NCBI GenBank assembly: GCA_951406725.2
Contig: OX597819.1
Location: forward strand, 123,380,001 to 123,444,000
DNA length: 64,000 nucleotides
Reading direction: 5' to 3'
Origin: Octopus vulgaris
Lineage: Eukaryota
In this document: positions 1 to 12,763 of the stretch, in pieces
Numbering within the stretch: position 1 is the first letter of the stretch
Layout: each line of letters opens with the position of its first letter
Translations under genes and position numbers: made by a program
The notes under the pieces: model-generated
Database searches by the model: none
Told to the model about the DNA's origin: nothing
What the model saw: only the letters and a program-made list of their open reading frames with translations

Positions 1-1151
1 GGTAAATTCCATTGTCTCGACCATGGTCGAACAATGATGATGAAATTATGATGTATGTGAGGGATATCGGAACACGAGAATCTGGGCATGCGGAATATTT
101 CGTTAGCAAGCAATGCCAACCTAAAAATATTGAATGATTAAAATTAAGGGCACACTAGCATTGTATCTGTAGTGTAACAAATTTCAAATGCTTGAAGCTG
201 AGCACGCTAACTGGAAGCTGCTGCATGCCAAAAGATCTCTTGTGGCACACGGAGAAATAAAGAAAATAAATGAATTATAATCTAATGTATTCCGTAATGG
301 GAGTTTGAAATGCCACGATGTATTTCCATCTAAATAAGTGAACGAAGAATTCGGATGGTAGAATAATTATTTTAGAAAAAAAAAATCCACTATGTTTTAG
401 ATATCAAATATTCAAATTTTGATTCTGCTATCTGACATGAATAATAATTGGCCATTGCTATAGAGAATTAATGTAAATTCTTACGGCCATAAAGAAAGTT
501 GCTCCGAACAACAATCCGATTCGTTTTAATACAGGTGAAAACAAATCGTATGACAGCAGTTGGCAGCTAGTGGAATTGTAATTTTCAAATCAAAACCCAG
601 AATAACGAATATAGTCTTCTTCCTCCTTTTTCATTCTCATTTTGAATTTTTCAAAGCGCGGTTTTAATAAATTCATTTATTCTGAAATGTCTGATAATAT
701 ATTCTAACTTTAAAATATGTAGTATATATGGTTGGTTGGTTGGTTGGTAGGTACTATTATTTTCAATTTTAAATAGTATTGGTAAATATGCATTGATCAA
801 TTTTGATCGAAACATTTAGGGGAGATAACTGCATAATTATAATAATATTAAAATTAATTAAAATATAGAATTCGAAAGTTAGAGTGCTGAATATGGTTAT
901 GGTAACATAGTGAAAACATATTGAGTCTGGCCTTTCTCGGCTTGTTTTTACAATCCTGATGATTTCAGAGATATGTGTTTTACTGAAAAGGCTTAATAAT
1001 GCAGAAACATGTACATATTTTCTCGGAATAAAACATACGATACGCTATTCCAATATGCTTTTTTAAAATAGTGAATTTCAGGAAATGATTTCGAACCGAA
1101 GTCACTCGTCTGTATGTTATATTTTACTACCAACATGAAGATGATATTAAA

Positions 1152-1380
1152 GGTGCGTGACATAGCAGTTAGAGAGCTGCACTTAGGATCGCTCGGTCGT
1201 GGTTTCGAGTTCTGGACAGAGAAGTGCGTTGTGCTTTTGTGCAATACTTCATTTTATGCTGTTCTACTTTACTCAGTTGTAAATGGATAAGACAGCGATG
1301 ATTGGTGTCATCTTTTGAGTAAATGTGACATCGGTCACTTATACGCCAAAGCACCAGGGTAACCAGCCTGTTGAGTCATA
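1152..1380 (+). mobile_element. Diverged tRNA-derived SINE (family 3)
   Basis: Degenerate tRNA-like head with B box GTTTCGAGTTC. Body and 3' end (gagtcata) resemble the minus-strand copy at 29111-29327. Confidence 0.55.
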
Positions 1381-2049
1381 GAACTTGTCAAAGACCTATT
1401 GCCTAAAGATATGGAAACTATGCTGAATACTGAATTTTATCTCCCCACCCCCCTCAAAAAAAAAAAAACAAACACAAAAATTATTTAATATGTTCTTTAA
1501 AGTTTACTATATAATGCCTGGTAATATTTTTGGCGATTCAGAAACACAAATATTATTAGAGCGCTTACAATAAAGAGAAGTGTATAATAAATAAAGCAAA
1601 CTTTCTAGGTCACTAAGCAAAGATAACGATTTTCTGTCGATGAAATATTTGCTAAGTAAATCAACTTCCTGGAAAGCATTTTTGTTTTAGTTACTGACCG
1701 TGGTGTGTTACTAAAATTATGCGGAGTATCATAATCAAAGGATTTCCAACGGAAATCCATTCCGCTTGTATTGCCGGTACATACGCTGAGAATGTAACTC
1801 CAATGAAGGGATCAGGGTAGAATATCGAGTAGAAACCTAAAATAGACTTGGGGATAATTTCGAAACTACAGCTAAATCAGAAAATTCATCAATTCTAAAA
1901 TCAGGTTTAGCTGGTTTTAAATGATGCATATGTCCCTTTTTATGTGCTTTTCGTTTTCTAAATTAAGAATTATTCTAGTGTAATTGGTTGCTCTTTGATT
2001 TCATGTGTGTTTTCGCTGCAGTTATAAAAGCGTGTCAGGTGAAATGGAA

Positions 2050-2520
2050 ACCGAAATATGAAGCATAAACCTCAACGTGGTCGTGATTGTTGCGGAATGA
2101 CCGAAAGAGTATGATTGCAAAATCAAACGGTCGAAATAGGATTCTTCTGGAGGAATTCTGGAGCAACATTACTCAACAGAGTGCGAATCTCGGAGAACAC
2201 GGAGTCTCTCCTGGACGTGTCAGCCTCTACTTCTCGTCATCGAGAATTCACAACTCGCGCACTACGGACACGTAACTAGAATGTCACTGGAAAAACCATA
2301 ACACGGATTCTTCAAGCCGATCTAACCGGGAGGATATCTAAGGGTAGACCTAGTACGAGATGGTTAGCTAATATCCGTTCACGCAATTGGTCATACTTTG
2401 GAATCCAACCAGAAAGTGTACTGACGGTTGACCCTCATAAACGTATATACAGGTGACTGAAGGATTTACACCCTTGACACTCCCAGGAATTGCGCGCAAG
2501 AAACATGGAAGGTTGGACAA
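2050..2520 (+). pseudogene. RTE-clade LINE, 3' end remnant
   Basis: Frameshifted translation gives QPLLLVIENSQLAHYGHVTRMS...KGRPSTRW, typical of the RTE ORF C-terminus (GHV.RM...GRP..RW). Confidence 0.65.
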
Positions 2521-2559
2521 ACCTCAACTTGCAACATAGGTGAATAGATTTTATATTTT

Positions 2560-2950
2560 TTACAACATGGCTCTTGAGGGAGGGTGGGGCTCATGGCCAC
2601 TCTTCGGCGCCAGTGAGATTGATGCCATAATGTTCCCTACGAGTCTTGGTAACATGATACATGCAGGAAGAACATGAACTGGAGGAATTCCAGACGACCG
2701 ATGTTCTAGCAATGTATAAGTGGATGTATTGATTAGTGAAGGTCTTGGAGGTTGGATACAAAAATGTAATGAGTGGTGCAGAAGCAAGTTGGACGGGAAT
2801 GCTTGGTTAGGTGTGGGCGTATGAGTCCTGCTAGCTCGAAGCATCAGAAATGACCATAGTAGCGACAGAAAATTCAGTGACAGCGGGCTAGTTGGCTTGT
2901 GTCTTGGACGTGTCTACGTGAGGCTTCCTGCCAGGCAGTAGGGTGAAATT
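2560..2950 (-). pseudogene. CR1/L2-like LINE, 3' end remnant
   Basis: Frameshifted minus-strand peptides FCRYYGH / ELAGL / HFCIQPPRP / TNQYIHLYIARTSVVWNS / PVHVLPA match the CR1-group C-terminal pattern. Confidence 0.6.
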
Positions 2951-3511
2951 TTTTCTGGATGCATTGTTGCTAATGTGAGACCCATACTGTTTAAGGTTAT
3001 TTAGAAAAATATGCGAACATCGAAGTGGCGTATGAAAATTAGGAAATGTGTACAATTCCATAAAATATCTATTCTTACAGAACATTTATTGAGAATTTCA
3101 GGTGATGATACATAATGAAAATACAAGATAATTAAGTCATATATCCCTTTGGAATTTATTTCGTAGTTCTTGCATGTATTTTCTGGTGCCCTAAAAGACG
3201 AGTGATTTTAACAACGGAATACTAAAGAGCAGAGTATGGTAAGCAAGACGTCCTTCCATTTATCATAAGGCTATCAGAACGATTTTGTGTTATCGATGTG
3301 CTTGCAAAACAAGTCATTCAGCTGAAAAGCACATTTCTCCCTGTTACTGTCCACGATGTGTTACTATAACTGTAATGAAAATTATCATCAAATTATTGAA
3401 AACTCAGAGATCGCAAATCACCGAGAAGAAAACACCAAAGTCCTCTCAATGATTAGCCAGAGATGATTTTTTTAAATGAGAATATCTGAAATAAACTCGA
3501 CTGCTCTCACA

Positions 3512-3770
3512 AACGAGAATACTAAAAGTGAACCCGGCCGATCACAATAATTTAAAAGAAAAACAGGAAAAGTAATCCCAAATCCTTGTCGGGTGCCAGA
3601 GTGATCCCAAAATCTAATCAGCTCGTGCCAGACTCAATGCCAAACGTCCCTCAAAGTTTCATCCGAATCTATCCAATAGTTCTTGAGATATCGTGCTCAC
3701 GGACAAGGAAACAAACAAACAAACGCGACTGAAACAACACCTCCGCCTTCGCTAAGGCGGAAGTGATAAA
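3512..3770 (+). mobile_element. Helentron-associated non-autonomous element (HINE/DINE-like)
   Basis: Core caaagtttcatccgaatc...ttgagatatc, an (AAAC)n tract, then the terminal hairpin cctccgcctt-cgct-aaggcggaag. Confidence 0.55.
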
Positions 3771-4475
3771 TGAGTTCCTTTCCCCTTATTTTGTATACTG
3801 ATATTGGTGAGAACGTAACAGCAATAATTGGAACATTGTAAGATGTTAAATATTAAATCAAAATAGGCTTTGGAAAAGTTTTGCAAATAGCCATGAGGCG
3901 GATAACTTGTCCTTAATGTGAAGCTCGCGTATATCCATTATTAGAATATTTTAGTTTAAGTATACTCAATGAAATATTAGGTGAAACCAATATGGCTACC
4001 GCTATGTTGCTGCAGTTCAAATACACCGATATAATGCAGGTGAAAAGCATTATTTTGTTCATGATATAATTACAAATCTGAATAATTTAACTTGCTATTT
4101 AAATTGATATACATACACATTCGCATATATACACCCACACACAGAAACGCCTCCTCACCCACCCACACACACACGCCCACACACACCTACCTGTTCCCGT
4201 AGAATTTTACAATCGACGTCTCTGTTGATTTAAATCATATCTACTATATCCTGCAAGTACTTGAAGTCGACATAGTTGATTTATTTCACTGAGATCTCGA
4301 TGTGTTTGCAGCTAGCCATGTTCTGGGCTTTTACATGCTTATATGCTTTGATCCTTAAAGAATCCTTGTAACTGAATCTCACATACGTACATATGTACAT
4401 ACATACGTACATACATGTGTGTATCATTTACACTATTTACATTGGACGGATGTGTCCTCATCTTGTTTGTTGTTA

Positions 4476-4520
4476 CCACATCGTTTCGGCTGATTTACTC
4501 TCCAGCCTTCATCAGGTGTC
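4476..4520 (-). ncRNA. Minimal hammerhead ribozyme motif, probably inactivated
   Basis: gacac-CTGATGA-a-ggctg(10 nt)cagcc-GAAAC-GAT-gtg. The cleavage triplet reads GAT, not GUH. Confidence 0.65.
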
Positions 4521-4586
4521 CTGGTAGAATTTTAAACCTAACCCTGATGTTATCATTATTATTATTATTAATATTTATTTATTCAA

Positions 4587-4657
4587 GATACTGCCTAGAA
4601 TTGAAATCGGAATCTTGGGGTTAGTAGCCCGCGCTCTTAACCATTACGCTATTTGCC
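4587..4657 (-). promoter_or_regulatory. tRNA-derived segment with Pol III A box and degenerate B box in the PLE 3' region
   Basis: A box TAGCGTAATGG, anticodon-like arm ggg-ctactaa-ccc, degenerate B box gatttcaattc. Confidence 0.6.
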
Positions 4658-6249
4658 TGAGTGAATTATAGAGTAAATTTTAGGGCTTATAAATTAAATA
4701 TTTTTTGTCCACTTCCTTAATGCCGATTCCCATATGCTGCTCATATCTGCACTCGGTCTGCTTAGGAGATTATTGTATCCTAGCATATGTACTGCTGCTT
4801 TTAGTTTTCGTATTTTCCTGTGGTGCTCCCTGTCTATTATTTTAAATTCATCCCACAGGGGGAGGTGGTCTCCGTTTTTCCATACATGATCAGCCATACC
4901 CGTCTTTTCAACATCTCGTTTCACAGCCTTAAGGTGTGACACGAGAAGTTGAGTGGACGGCATGTTTCGCCTTTGTATAACCTACTACAACTGCATGGGA
5001 TGGAGTACACGTAGTCTTTTGTCATATTCTCTTCCATTGGTGGTTTTACTCGAAGAAGATATTTGCAAAGTGTTGTATTACTCTTGAGTACGGTCCTGAT
5101 GTCATATGAACCGCATCTTTTCCGAGAGGCTTTTCACATAGGGCACACAGGCTGTGGTTTATTTATGGTTTTCATCATCTCGCCTCTTCCTAATTGGAAT
5201 AGATAGTATATTTCGGGGTAGTTGTTGCTTAATAGATTGTTACTTAGCTTGAGCATTTCTTCGTTTTGTGTATCAAGATCGCTACTTATATTCTTTGCTC
5301 ATTGCTCATCCCTCTCTTTACACTGTATGAAGCTGAGTTATCGTCCACTGAAGGTTGACTTGCAGTATGCGGATGCCATGAACCTATGCTTCCTGCGTGT
5401 TTTTAATACATCCAGGAATGCTAGCTGATTATCTTTTTCCTTTTCCGTTGTGAACTGTATGGCTTTATTGAGATTATATTGTCTAGCAGTACTTGGACAT
5501 ATTCCTTGTGGGGCCAGACTATAAAGGTATCATCAACGTATCGAAACCATAGGGTTGGCTTTAGTGGTGTTGAACCTAAAGCCAAATTCTCAAAATATTC
5601 CATGTATATATTGGCTATTATAGGTGATAATGGTGAACCCATAGCCAAACCCTCATCTTGTCGATATATATCAGTATCTACTCTGAAGTAGGTAGTCAAA
5701 ATTTGCATCAAATTTCATATTGGTATACTAGCGCGATCTTTTAGATAGGTGTCTGTCACTAGTTTTACTTGAATCCCTGAGAGTGCTTCATTAGTTGGGA
5801 TTTTGGTGAACAGATTTATCACATCTAAACTTACCATCTGGTTGAATCCAATAGGGGTATCCTTGATCAATTCTGTGAAGTGGATGAAGTTCATCACATA
5901 ATGTTGATTTACCTGCTAATCGATTGATTATATCCACAAGGAAACGGTTCAGTGGATGACATGCCGAACCTCAACCATTCACTATGGGTCTTAATGGAAT
6001 ACCAACCTTGTGAATCTTAGGGAGACCGTACATGTGGTAGCTTACTGTATTTGTTTCTAATTCACTCTATAATTGCATGTAAAAGAGGTAAGCAGTTCTG
6101 AAAGTGATTCAATTGAGGTAGATATGATTAATAGAATATGAATGGTATTTGAGATCATGTGGATTAGTAGAATTAGTAAGGTTAGTAGTGTCCTGTATTA
6201 AGTCGTGTGTTCATGTTAAGTTTTCGTTGATATTTCTTACTGAAAGTTG

Positions 6250-6900
6250 CCAATTTATTTAATCTTTGGTGCACTGAGATTTTCTCTGAACTTTCATAAA
6301 AGCGAAAAATCAGGAAGTTTGATATAAGTTTCCTAGCACATATATCTATTTGCTCACTGTCTATATCTGTCTATATTGTGGAAAGCGGATTTGTTCTTTG
6401 TGAAGTGTTGTTCTTCATCTGAGGGTCATTCGTGTTTGGCCTATATAGTAGTAAACTAAGTAGGTAATAACTTAGATTAAGTTTTCAGAGGCACAAGTGA
6501 AATTTGACTGTATGTTAAATATTTCACATTGTTTGAAGTGAAATTCTGTACCCTCCAAAAGGTGGGGGCATGTGTCACAGTTAGGCCACCCGCATTTTTC
6601 CACTTTTGGTTCCGTTGTTAAGGGATTAACAACGCTTAATATTTTTTGTGGTTAATATTTGCGCCGGTTAATATTTTTTTAGGTGATTTCGGTTGCTTTC
6701 TCCTTTTGATAATTTTATGTGACCCCAAAATTTCGTTCATTATTTTATCTCCAGTGAGAATAGGTTGATTTTGGATGATGATGTTGAATGCCTCATTGTT
6801 TCTAGGACTATATGTGGAGATGCATAGGAGTAATTTTAAATCTGTTGTTGTATTTCGGTTAACGTCACTTCTATGAGACGCAATTTTCAGCAAAAGTCCA
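6250..6900 (-). pseudogene. Penelope-like element (Neptune-type) Cys linker and GIY-YIG fragment
   Basis: CGWPNCDTCPHL...FTCASENLI*VIT...YYIGQTRMTLR*RTTLHKEQIR, with in-frame stops. Confidence 0.8.
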
Positions 6901-6984
6901 TAGTGTTTACCTTGACTTCATTCGGATTCAATCTGCGACAGGTTGGTGTAAACTTCTAACCTCTTGCTAAAATATTGGTTTATG

Positions 6985-7120
6985 TACTAGTTAGGATTTT
7001 CTTTGAATAAGTACTAGGCTTTAGAATAAACCATTGGGTCGATTTCTTCGGCTAACACTCTTTAAGGAGGTACTGCAGCATGGCTGCAGTAAAATGACTA
7101 AAACAAGTAAAATAATAAAA
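6985..7120 (+). mobile_element. SINE family 2, 3' tail fragment
   Basis: gaataagtactaggc...gcagcatggctgcagtaaaatgactaaaacaagtaaaa resembles the tail of 16228-16632. Confidence 0.6.
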
Positions 7121-7259
7121 TATAATAAGTAAAATAATAGAATATAATAAAAAGAATATATATGTGTGTGTTTGTGTGTATATATCTATGTATCTATCTA
7201 TCTATCCCTCTATTTATCAGTCTATCTATCTACCAACCTATCTATCTATCTGTCTGTCC

Positions 7260-7295
<36 letters not shown>

Positions 7296-8417
7296 TGTGT
7301 CTATATTTCAAACTTGTTAGGAATTCATATATCATTTCTTTATCTTAATGTGTGAAACACTTCACAGTTATAAGATAATTAATTTGAAAATTTATGAAAT
7401 AATAAAACAAGAGTAATTAACTCCATTACGATTCTTCCACTCGCCTCACTCTCGATATGTTATTATAAACTCGCCGCATACTGTGGTGAGAATATCTTTA
7501 AAAAATACTTATGCTGTTACATTTTAGATAAATATTTCTACTAGTCACGACATTTAGTCTTCTAGATCATTCAACTGTGTACTAATGAACGTAAATGTAA
7601 CTGATGTCTTCCATCATCCAAGGGTTTGCAAGATATATATTTAATTATAAGAAATCGTTTCTGCAACGTCTGCGGTGTCTACGTAATTAGTCGTAACATG
7701 TGTAGATTGGTCCAGGCGCAGAATTTGGTGGGTGCTGTAGTGTATGTCTTAGGAGGTAGATGTCTCTCTCTCAGACAACAGTGCACCCAAAAATACCGTA
7801 GGCTTGTGAGATGTTGGTGTTGAACATACTGTTGTCTGAGACGGAGAAGCTATTCTCTCAAGAGATACACTAATGCACTTAGCCTATTTTCCATCTGAAT
7901 CTGCCAAGAATAAGCATGCAAATATTCATTTAATCATAACTTCCATACAATCGCCGAGTGTAATCCAACAGATTTTGGCAGAATTTGCAAGCTTTATTTA
8001 TCTTTAGTACTTGTCCAGATATAACACAAGAAAACGTATAAATATTTAATTGTTGAAGTTCATAACTGATAACGGAGTCAATATAACTTTCTTGTATAAA
8101 CCATTTCAATATTTGAGTCAGGGTTGTTGACTTTACGCGTTTTCCCCCTTAAAATTATTATTGACTATCTTGGGTAATCGTATTCATGAATTGGATATTA
8201 AAACACTCGTAGCAATATACGTTTCATAGTTTCACAGAGAAATTAATCCTGCATGTTTCTACATTAACTGCTGATTTCACAAATTATTACTTCTCGAATA
8301 TTCTTAGCTGCTTTTTTATGAATCGTTTTTCTGAATCTGTCATACTCTATCATTGAAATTTTGTCACAGTAGGAAAATCCTTTTTTTTTTTTTTGTATTA
8401 TTTGAACGTGGTAATGG

Positions 8418-8620
8418 TTTCTACTATATGCACATGATCTGAAATTTTGAGGGGAGGGGGATAGTCAATTACACCGACCCTGGTACTCAAATGATGCTTT
8501 ATTTTCTGACCCCGAAAGGATGAAAAGAACGTCGACCTTGGCGGACTTTGAATTCAGAACGCAAAGCTAGAAGAATTGAACCTATTATGTCCGGCGCCCT
8601 AAAGATTTATGGCTCACCGC
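8418..8620 (-). mobile_element. SINE family 1, diverged copy
   Basis: Contains the gaccccgaaaggatgaaa...gtcgaccttggcgga core. Confidence 0.7.
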
Positions 8621-8837
8621 CATATTTACTTATACTAATTATTATATATAATCTATAGAAAAATTATTCATTTTATTTGTTGGCTTGTCAATTTCAAATG
8701 ATTCCTGTCTGATACAATTATAGAAGGAATATAATATTACATGTGAATTCGACAAAACTACATGTCGTACATTACACAGGTACAATATACATACATACTG
8801 CATACAATTATCGTTCGAGTCTTCTACGTTCAGATAA

Positions 8838-9814
8838 TCTTTTCTACTCTAGGTACAAGACACGACATTTTTAGGGAGGGGACCAGTCGATTAGATCAAC
8901 CCCAGTATGCAGTTGGTACTTAATTTATCGACCCCGAAAGAATGAAAGGCAAAGTCGACCTCGGTGGAATTTGAACTCAGAACGTAAAATACAGACGAAA
9001 TACCTATTTCTTTACTACCCATAAGGGGCTAAACAAGGAGGGATCGAACAAGGACAGACAAACGGATTATGTCGATTATATCGACCCCAGTGCGTAACTG
9101 ATACTTATTTAATCGACCCCGAAAGGATGAAAGGCAAAGTCGACCTCGGCGGAATTTGAACTTAGAACGTAGAGGCAGACGAAATACCGCTAAGCATTTC
9201 GCGTGGCGTGCTAACGTTTCTTATTTCTTTCTTGCCCAAAAGGGGCTAAACATAGAGGGGACAATCAAGGACAGACAAAGGGATTAAGTCGATTATATCG
9301 TTTCCAGTGCGTAGCTGGTACTTAATTTATTGACCCCGAAAGGATGAAAGGCAAAGTCGACCTCAGCAGAATTTGAGCTCAGAAAGTAACGGCAGACGAA
9401 ATACCTATTTCTTTACTACACACAAGGGGCTAAACACAGAGAGGAGAAACAAGGACAGACAAACGGATTAAGTCGATTATATCGTTTCCAGTGCGTAACT
9501 GGCACTTAATTTATCGACCCCGAAATGATGAAAGGCCAAGTCGACCTCGGCGGAATTTGAACTCAGAACCTAGCGTCAGACGAAATACCTATTTCTTTAC
9601 TAGCCACAAGAGGCTAAACACAGAGAGGACAAACAAGGACAGACAAACACATTAAGTCGATTATATCGCCCCCAGTGGTACTTATTTAATCGACCCCGAA
9701 AGGCTGAAAGGCAAAGTCGATCTCGGCGGAATTTGAACTCAGAACGTAGCGGCAGACGAAATACCGTTAAGCATTTTGGCCGGCGTGCTAACGTTTCTGC
9801 CACCTCGCCGCCTT
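8838..9814 (-). mobile_element. SINE family 1 pentamer with 16-bp TSD
   Basis: Five tandem units carrying the aagtcgacctcggcggaatttgaactc core. Flanking direct repeat ttctacgttcagataa at 8822-8837 and 9815-9830. Confidence 0.9.
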
Positions 9815-10229
9815 TTCTACGTTCAGATAAATGACAAAAGACATCATCGCTTCTTTAAATATTGAATCTTATATTCTTTAATGTCTTCATAATCTTGTAT
9901 TCGTCATCCCACTTATACTGTAGATGGGTTCATCTATAACCATTAAATAGATACGATATATCCCAAGTGATATTATCGTTGGTACTTACGTAAATATTGA
10001 AATATTTCATTCTTAGTACATATACGCTACATTTCATCTTTCCTTTGTTAGCTTAAGTTTTCGCTTAGTATACTGTTTATTTTCTTTCTTGAATCCCTAG
10101 CTACAGATACTACGTCACTGAGCAGTTCTCATTTGACTAAAACTATATTATAGTCTGTTTAACGGTTATATTCGATATTGCTTGATACAGGTTTTAACCG
10201 GTTTACAAAGGATGTCCTTGTACTTACTT

Positions 10230-10595
10230 GTACTTGTGGCGACATTCACCTTGGGCGGGTTGAGTCGGCTTCTTCTACCATGGAAGAAGTTTCGTGGGAA
10301 TATGTGGATTTCACAAGCGGTCCCCTACAATCCCACATGTAGAGACATCCTGTTTGACGCAGATTGTCCACAGACGCAGGGACAGAACGACCGAGGAGCC
10401 GCCGGTTGCCGAAACAGATACTCCGAAGATTTTCACCAGAGCCCGGTCCGCTGGGTTGTGTCCCTAATACCACTCGGTGTCAGACCAATCCGCCTTGGGT
10501 GGCCCTACCAGGAACCGAAGTCCCGACGGCATAGCTCTGACACTACCCGTTGCCAGCGTCCCCACCACGGTGAGGAGGGGATGGACTTTGGGGAC
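10230..10595 (-). mobile_element. RTE-clade LINE 5' UTR fragment with structured motif
   Basis: GC-rich island. The motif gagctatgccg...tagggccacccaaggcgga is of the kind found in BovB/Expander 5' UTRs (recalled, not searched). Confidence 0.65.
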
Positions 10596-10599
10596 GTTC

Positions 10600-10930
10600 T
10601 GTCATGTTGTGAACACAATCAATGTTTTCCTCGGTGGTGGCGGTTGCAGGACGTTCAGACCTTGGGTCAGTTCCAAGGCTCCCCATTCCCGATTCCAAAG
10701 GCTCTCTTACCAAATTCAGATGCCCACTGTTGCAATGCTGATAAAGCTGGAGCATCATCCTCTAAAGTAGCAACCGTGTTAGCATGAATGATGTTGATAG
10801 TTAAACACTTTCCCTGCAGGTACTTGATAACATAATGATGAAAGATTCTGTCCATTTTCAAGAGAAGTCGGTATTAGTTACATCGGATTCTTCCTTAAAC
10901 AGTCAGTTGTCAGCTTACCGGAAAAGATGC
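10600..10930 (-). pseudogene. mariner transposase N-terminal fragment
   Basis: VIKYLQGKCLT...LEDDAPALSALQQWASEF, then in a shifted frame DPRSERPATATTEENIDCVHNM. Confidence 0.8.
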
Positions 10931-11075
10931 AGTCAGTACTATTAGTTGAAATTAATGCATCCAAGATTTCACACTTTTCAACTCACCCCCATATTTATCT
11001 AAATATAAATCTGCCTCTATTTCTCTCTTTCTCACTCTCTCTCTCACTCACTCGCTCTCTCTCTCTCCCCCAGCT

Positions 11076-11135
<60 letters not shown>

Positions 11136-11147
11136 TATATATATATA

Positions 11148-11360
11148 CTCTTTTACTGTTTTACTTGTTTCAATCATTTGACTGCGGCCATGCTGGAGCA
11201 CCGCCCTTAGTCGAGCAAATCGACCCCGGGACTTATTCTTTGTAAGCCCAGTACTTATTCTATCGGCCTCTTTTGCCGAAGTGACGGGGACGTTAACACA
11301 CCAGCATCGGTTGTCAAGCAATGCTAGGGGGGACAAACACAGACACACAAACACACACAC

Positions 11361-11415
<55 letters not shown>

Positions 11416-11575
11416 TACTAACAGGCTTCTTTCAGTTTCCGTCTAGCAAATCCACTCACAAGGCATTGGTCGGCCCGGGGCTATAGCAGAAGACACTTGC
11501 CCAAGATGTCACGCAGTGGGACTGAACCCGGAACCATGTGGTTGGTTAGCAAGCTACTTACCACACAGCCACTCC
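11148..11575 (-). mobile_element. SINE family 2 (tRNA head, CORE-like motif, internal microsatellite)
   Basis: Reverse complement of the 16228-16632 family. Contains the cttgggcaagtgtctt motif. Confidence 0.9.
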
Positions 11576-12529
11576 ATAAATATTTATAGATCTCTGTATG
11601 TATACATGTATGGGCTTATAATTGTATATGTATGTGTGTATGTATGTATAAAATTGTTAATCAAATATTTGGTTCTCGTGGCAACCCTGAGCGAAGAAAG
11701 TGAAATATTTGATTGGGCCTAGCACTGTGTAATATATCTCATATAATTAAGGAATGCACGGATATCAATACACAAGTATAATAAAAAAAAAGATAACTTT
11801 ATGCTGTACAAACAATAACTGTGAGAGTGTTAATTAACCAAAAGAATGGATGAAAGTATAAATAAATACGTGGTTATTAATTATCAGCTTCGCAGAAAGA
11901 AAATTTATAGGTTAAAATCGAGAAACATGTGTCAATTTTATAAATCAACGAAGCAGATGGAAATAAGTCATATTAAGAGGAGTGGTCTGTATGATATTGA
12001 TGCAAATATAGAGTGAGGTGGAGGAAAGAAAATAGATGTAATATATGTATTGTTATTGAGTTCATAAATCTGTTTTATAGGCATAATGGAATATATGTGG
12101 AATATTCCAATATCCTTTGAGTAAAATTCAAAAGTCCAATAGAGTTTAATATGAGTTCATCCAGATTTAAAGTTTATAAACTTTAAATGTAAGATTCTCT
12201 TAAAGTTGGTCATTCCCAGTAGGGAATTTATATAGAGTGTAGCCGATTCGAGGTTTGTGTTTGAACTGACCTAGAAATAGGGAGTGTATTAGTTTGGTCA
12301 AATTGAAAACAGGAAGAGAGGAATGACAAAGAAAAAAAAGAGAGAGAGAAAGATAAAAGTAGGAGAGAAAGAAAGAAAGAAATAAAGAGAAAGAAGAAAG
12401 AAGATTAGTAAAAACAAAAATAAAGAATAAAACTCCTGAAGGTATGAATAAAGAGAATAAAGGAAAAGAAAAAAGAAAAATTAAGATATAGGTTGGTCAG
12501 TGGTCAGTGGAGGTAGTTTAAAAGTATGA

Positions 12530-12763
12530 GTGGGAAAGCTGGCAGAATCGTTAACACGCCGGGCGAAATGCGTAGCCGTATTTCGTCTGTCGTTTCGTGT
12601 GAGCTCAAATTCCGCCGAGGTCGACTTTGCCTTTCATCCTTTCGGGGTCGATAAATTAAGCACCAGTTACGCACTGGGGTCGATGTAATCGACTTAATAC
12701 CTATGTCTGTCTTTGTTTGTCCCCTCTATGTTTAGCCCCTTGTGGATAATAAAGAAATAGGTA
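12530..12763 (+). mobile_element. SINE family 1 in the palindrome spacer
   Basis: Full head gctggcagaatcgttaacacgccgggcg plus core and tail. Confidence 0.85.

Larger units (their letters stand above)
4420..6050 (-). mobile_element. Penelope-like element (Poseidon-type), decayed RT and GIY-YIG with terminal repeat region
   Basis: ORF pieces MVSLDVINLFTKIP, GLAMGSPLSPIIANIYME, WFRYVDDTF. GIY-YIG-like VYSIPCSCSRLYKGET near 4965-5010. HHR core at the 3' end. Confidence 0.9.

Noticed and set aside
4587-4657. Genuine tRNA gene (likewise the SINE heads)
   Set aside because: Acceptor stem and T arm do not pair properly, and the segment is embedded in a repeat.
8838-9814. CRISPR-like regular repeats
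   Set aside because: Units are about 180-220 bp SINE bodies with no unique spacers and no cas genes, in a eukaryotic context.
10182-10787. 201-aa plus-strand ORF
   Set aside because: Antisense to an RTE 5' region and a mariner fragment, with no recognisable domain.
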